In this document: one piece after another, positions 62,651-64,000 of the stretch
Layout of the letters: the number at the start of each line of letters is the position of its first letter
Numbering within the stretch: the first letter of the stretch is position 1
Source of the DNA: Phoronis australis
Lineage: Eukaryota; Animalia; Phoronida
Direction of reading: 5' to 3'
Length of the DNA stretch: 64,000 bases
Assembly: GCA_002633005.1 (NCBI GenBank)
Contig: NMRA01000169.1
Coordinates: 48,277-112,276 of the forward strand
Position numbers and translations under genes: made by a program
Notes under the pieces: generated by a model
The model's database searches: none
What the model was told of the DNA's origin: nothing
What the model saw: the letters and a program-made list of their open reading frames with translations, nothing else

Positions 62651-64000
62651 GCTACTTAATCCTGTCTTCACAAATCCATTTTTGTTTTCTCCGTTTTGAT
62701 GAAAACTATCTGGTAAATTTTTGACGAAAATTGTCCGCTAAATTTCTTCCAAAGGTAAAGACTCGTAAACTCTTGTCCTTACGAGGAAGTTCAGCCATAG
62801 TCTAGTGAGAGAATTAACCAAATTACACTTCACTGGCCCTGATCAGACGGTTAGTCTCAGCAGAATGCGCACATTTGGCCAGGATTTGGATCAGCGATTT
62901 TAACTAATTCACATTCGTGTACAAATAAATAGAACGCTGGTAAAACCTTTAACATCAATAAAGATTACATTAGTACTTCTTAAATAACCACTTGAACCAG
63001 TCAAAATCTATCTCGCAATTCAACAGCAGGTAACATACTCATTTCTCGTCGAATATATGCGGCACAAAATCTCTCGACTGCAGTTTATGAAAATGCAACC
63101 AACTTCTTTGAAAACATGGAACAGGAACACCAGAGGGGTGTAAAGGTTGTTTTTATTCTTCAATGTTAAGTTTTTGTAAGCGGAAATATGTGTTTCCGCC
63201 TTAAGTCCTAACATTTCTAAACTTAAGCCTTTCAAACGAACGTTTATGACGAAAACAAAATTCTTCAACCAGTTTTGTAAAGTACTATGCCACCTGTAGG
63301 GTACATAATGAGCCAACCCGACTCCTGATGTACCAAAAGGGTCCCGTGCATAAAGGATAATAAGTAATGCCCTTCTGAAATATTACCGTATTCGCCCAAT
63401 AAGCGGCCAGAGTGTTTAGAAAAATCCGCTTCAGGAAGGGGGCTAAAGCTCCCCCCAGCCATAGTTCCGTTACGAATGCGCCGTGTTCCGAAATTGACAC
63501 TAGAAATTGGATCTGAGCCCCCCACCCCACTAAAACTGCCCACATTTTTTTTCAGCTGTATAATTTTAATTGCCGGGGTTAATTAATAATTAATTAATAA
63601 ACTCTACCTTTCCCTGCGATCTTGCCGTTTTATTTTTTGCGGTAGCCAGGGGGGTGCCTCCTGCCCCCCTAAATCCGCCTATGCGCCTACGCACCTTAAG
63701 TTATATTCAGTGCTCAAGCTTATACGGTGGGCTTTGGGCGCCTAATTACCTCTAACTTTATCACTACAGCACTGGAAAGTGCCTAAATGTGGGCGTACCT
63801 TCATCCTCCAACACAAATCCTACCGCCGGCAAACGAGCATGTAGCTGGGCAAATAAGTGCAGATATGCACCAGAATTGTGTAAATGATGATAAAAGCACC
63901 AAATTTTCCATGATGACTCACAAAAGCATACTTAAGAGATTTGTCTGACTAGCCACCGGAAAATCCAGATGGCAGCCATTTTTCACGATGGCCGCATTCC

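Overview
Eukaryotic, AT-rich, intron- and repeat-rich DNA that looks like an invertebrate animal genome; the taxon cannot be fixed from sequence alone. Two main coding units were found, both on the minus strand. (1) A 22-exon gene (55337->29675) that I spliced by hand using GT-AG junctions into one open 3507-nt frame (1168 aa + stop). It encodes a secreted mosaic protein: signal peptide - C-type lectin - MAM - Sushi/CCP - CUB - 3x Sushi - MAM-like - Thr/Pro/Ser mucin stalk - CUB, with no transmembrane segment seen. (2) An intronless ~1358-aa orphan ORF (8453->4377) built from nested repeats (11-aa motif inside 185-aa units inside a ~2.5-kb in-frame self-duplication), ending in a polybasic WWRRLLCC tail. 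The rest is mostly transposon debris: a 5'-truncated RTE-X-like LINE with a target-site duplication, a Penelope GIY-YIG remnant, a HERO-like 5' fragment preceded by a permuted hammerhead-like RNA motif, a CR1/L2-type 3' end, tRNA-derived SINE heads, several MITEs/foldback elements, and THAP and P2X7-C-like remnants. Family assignments come from motif recognition, not database searches.
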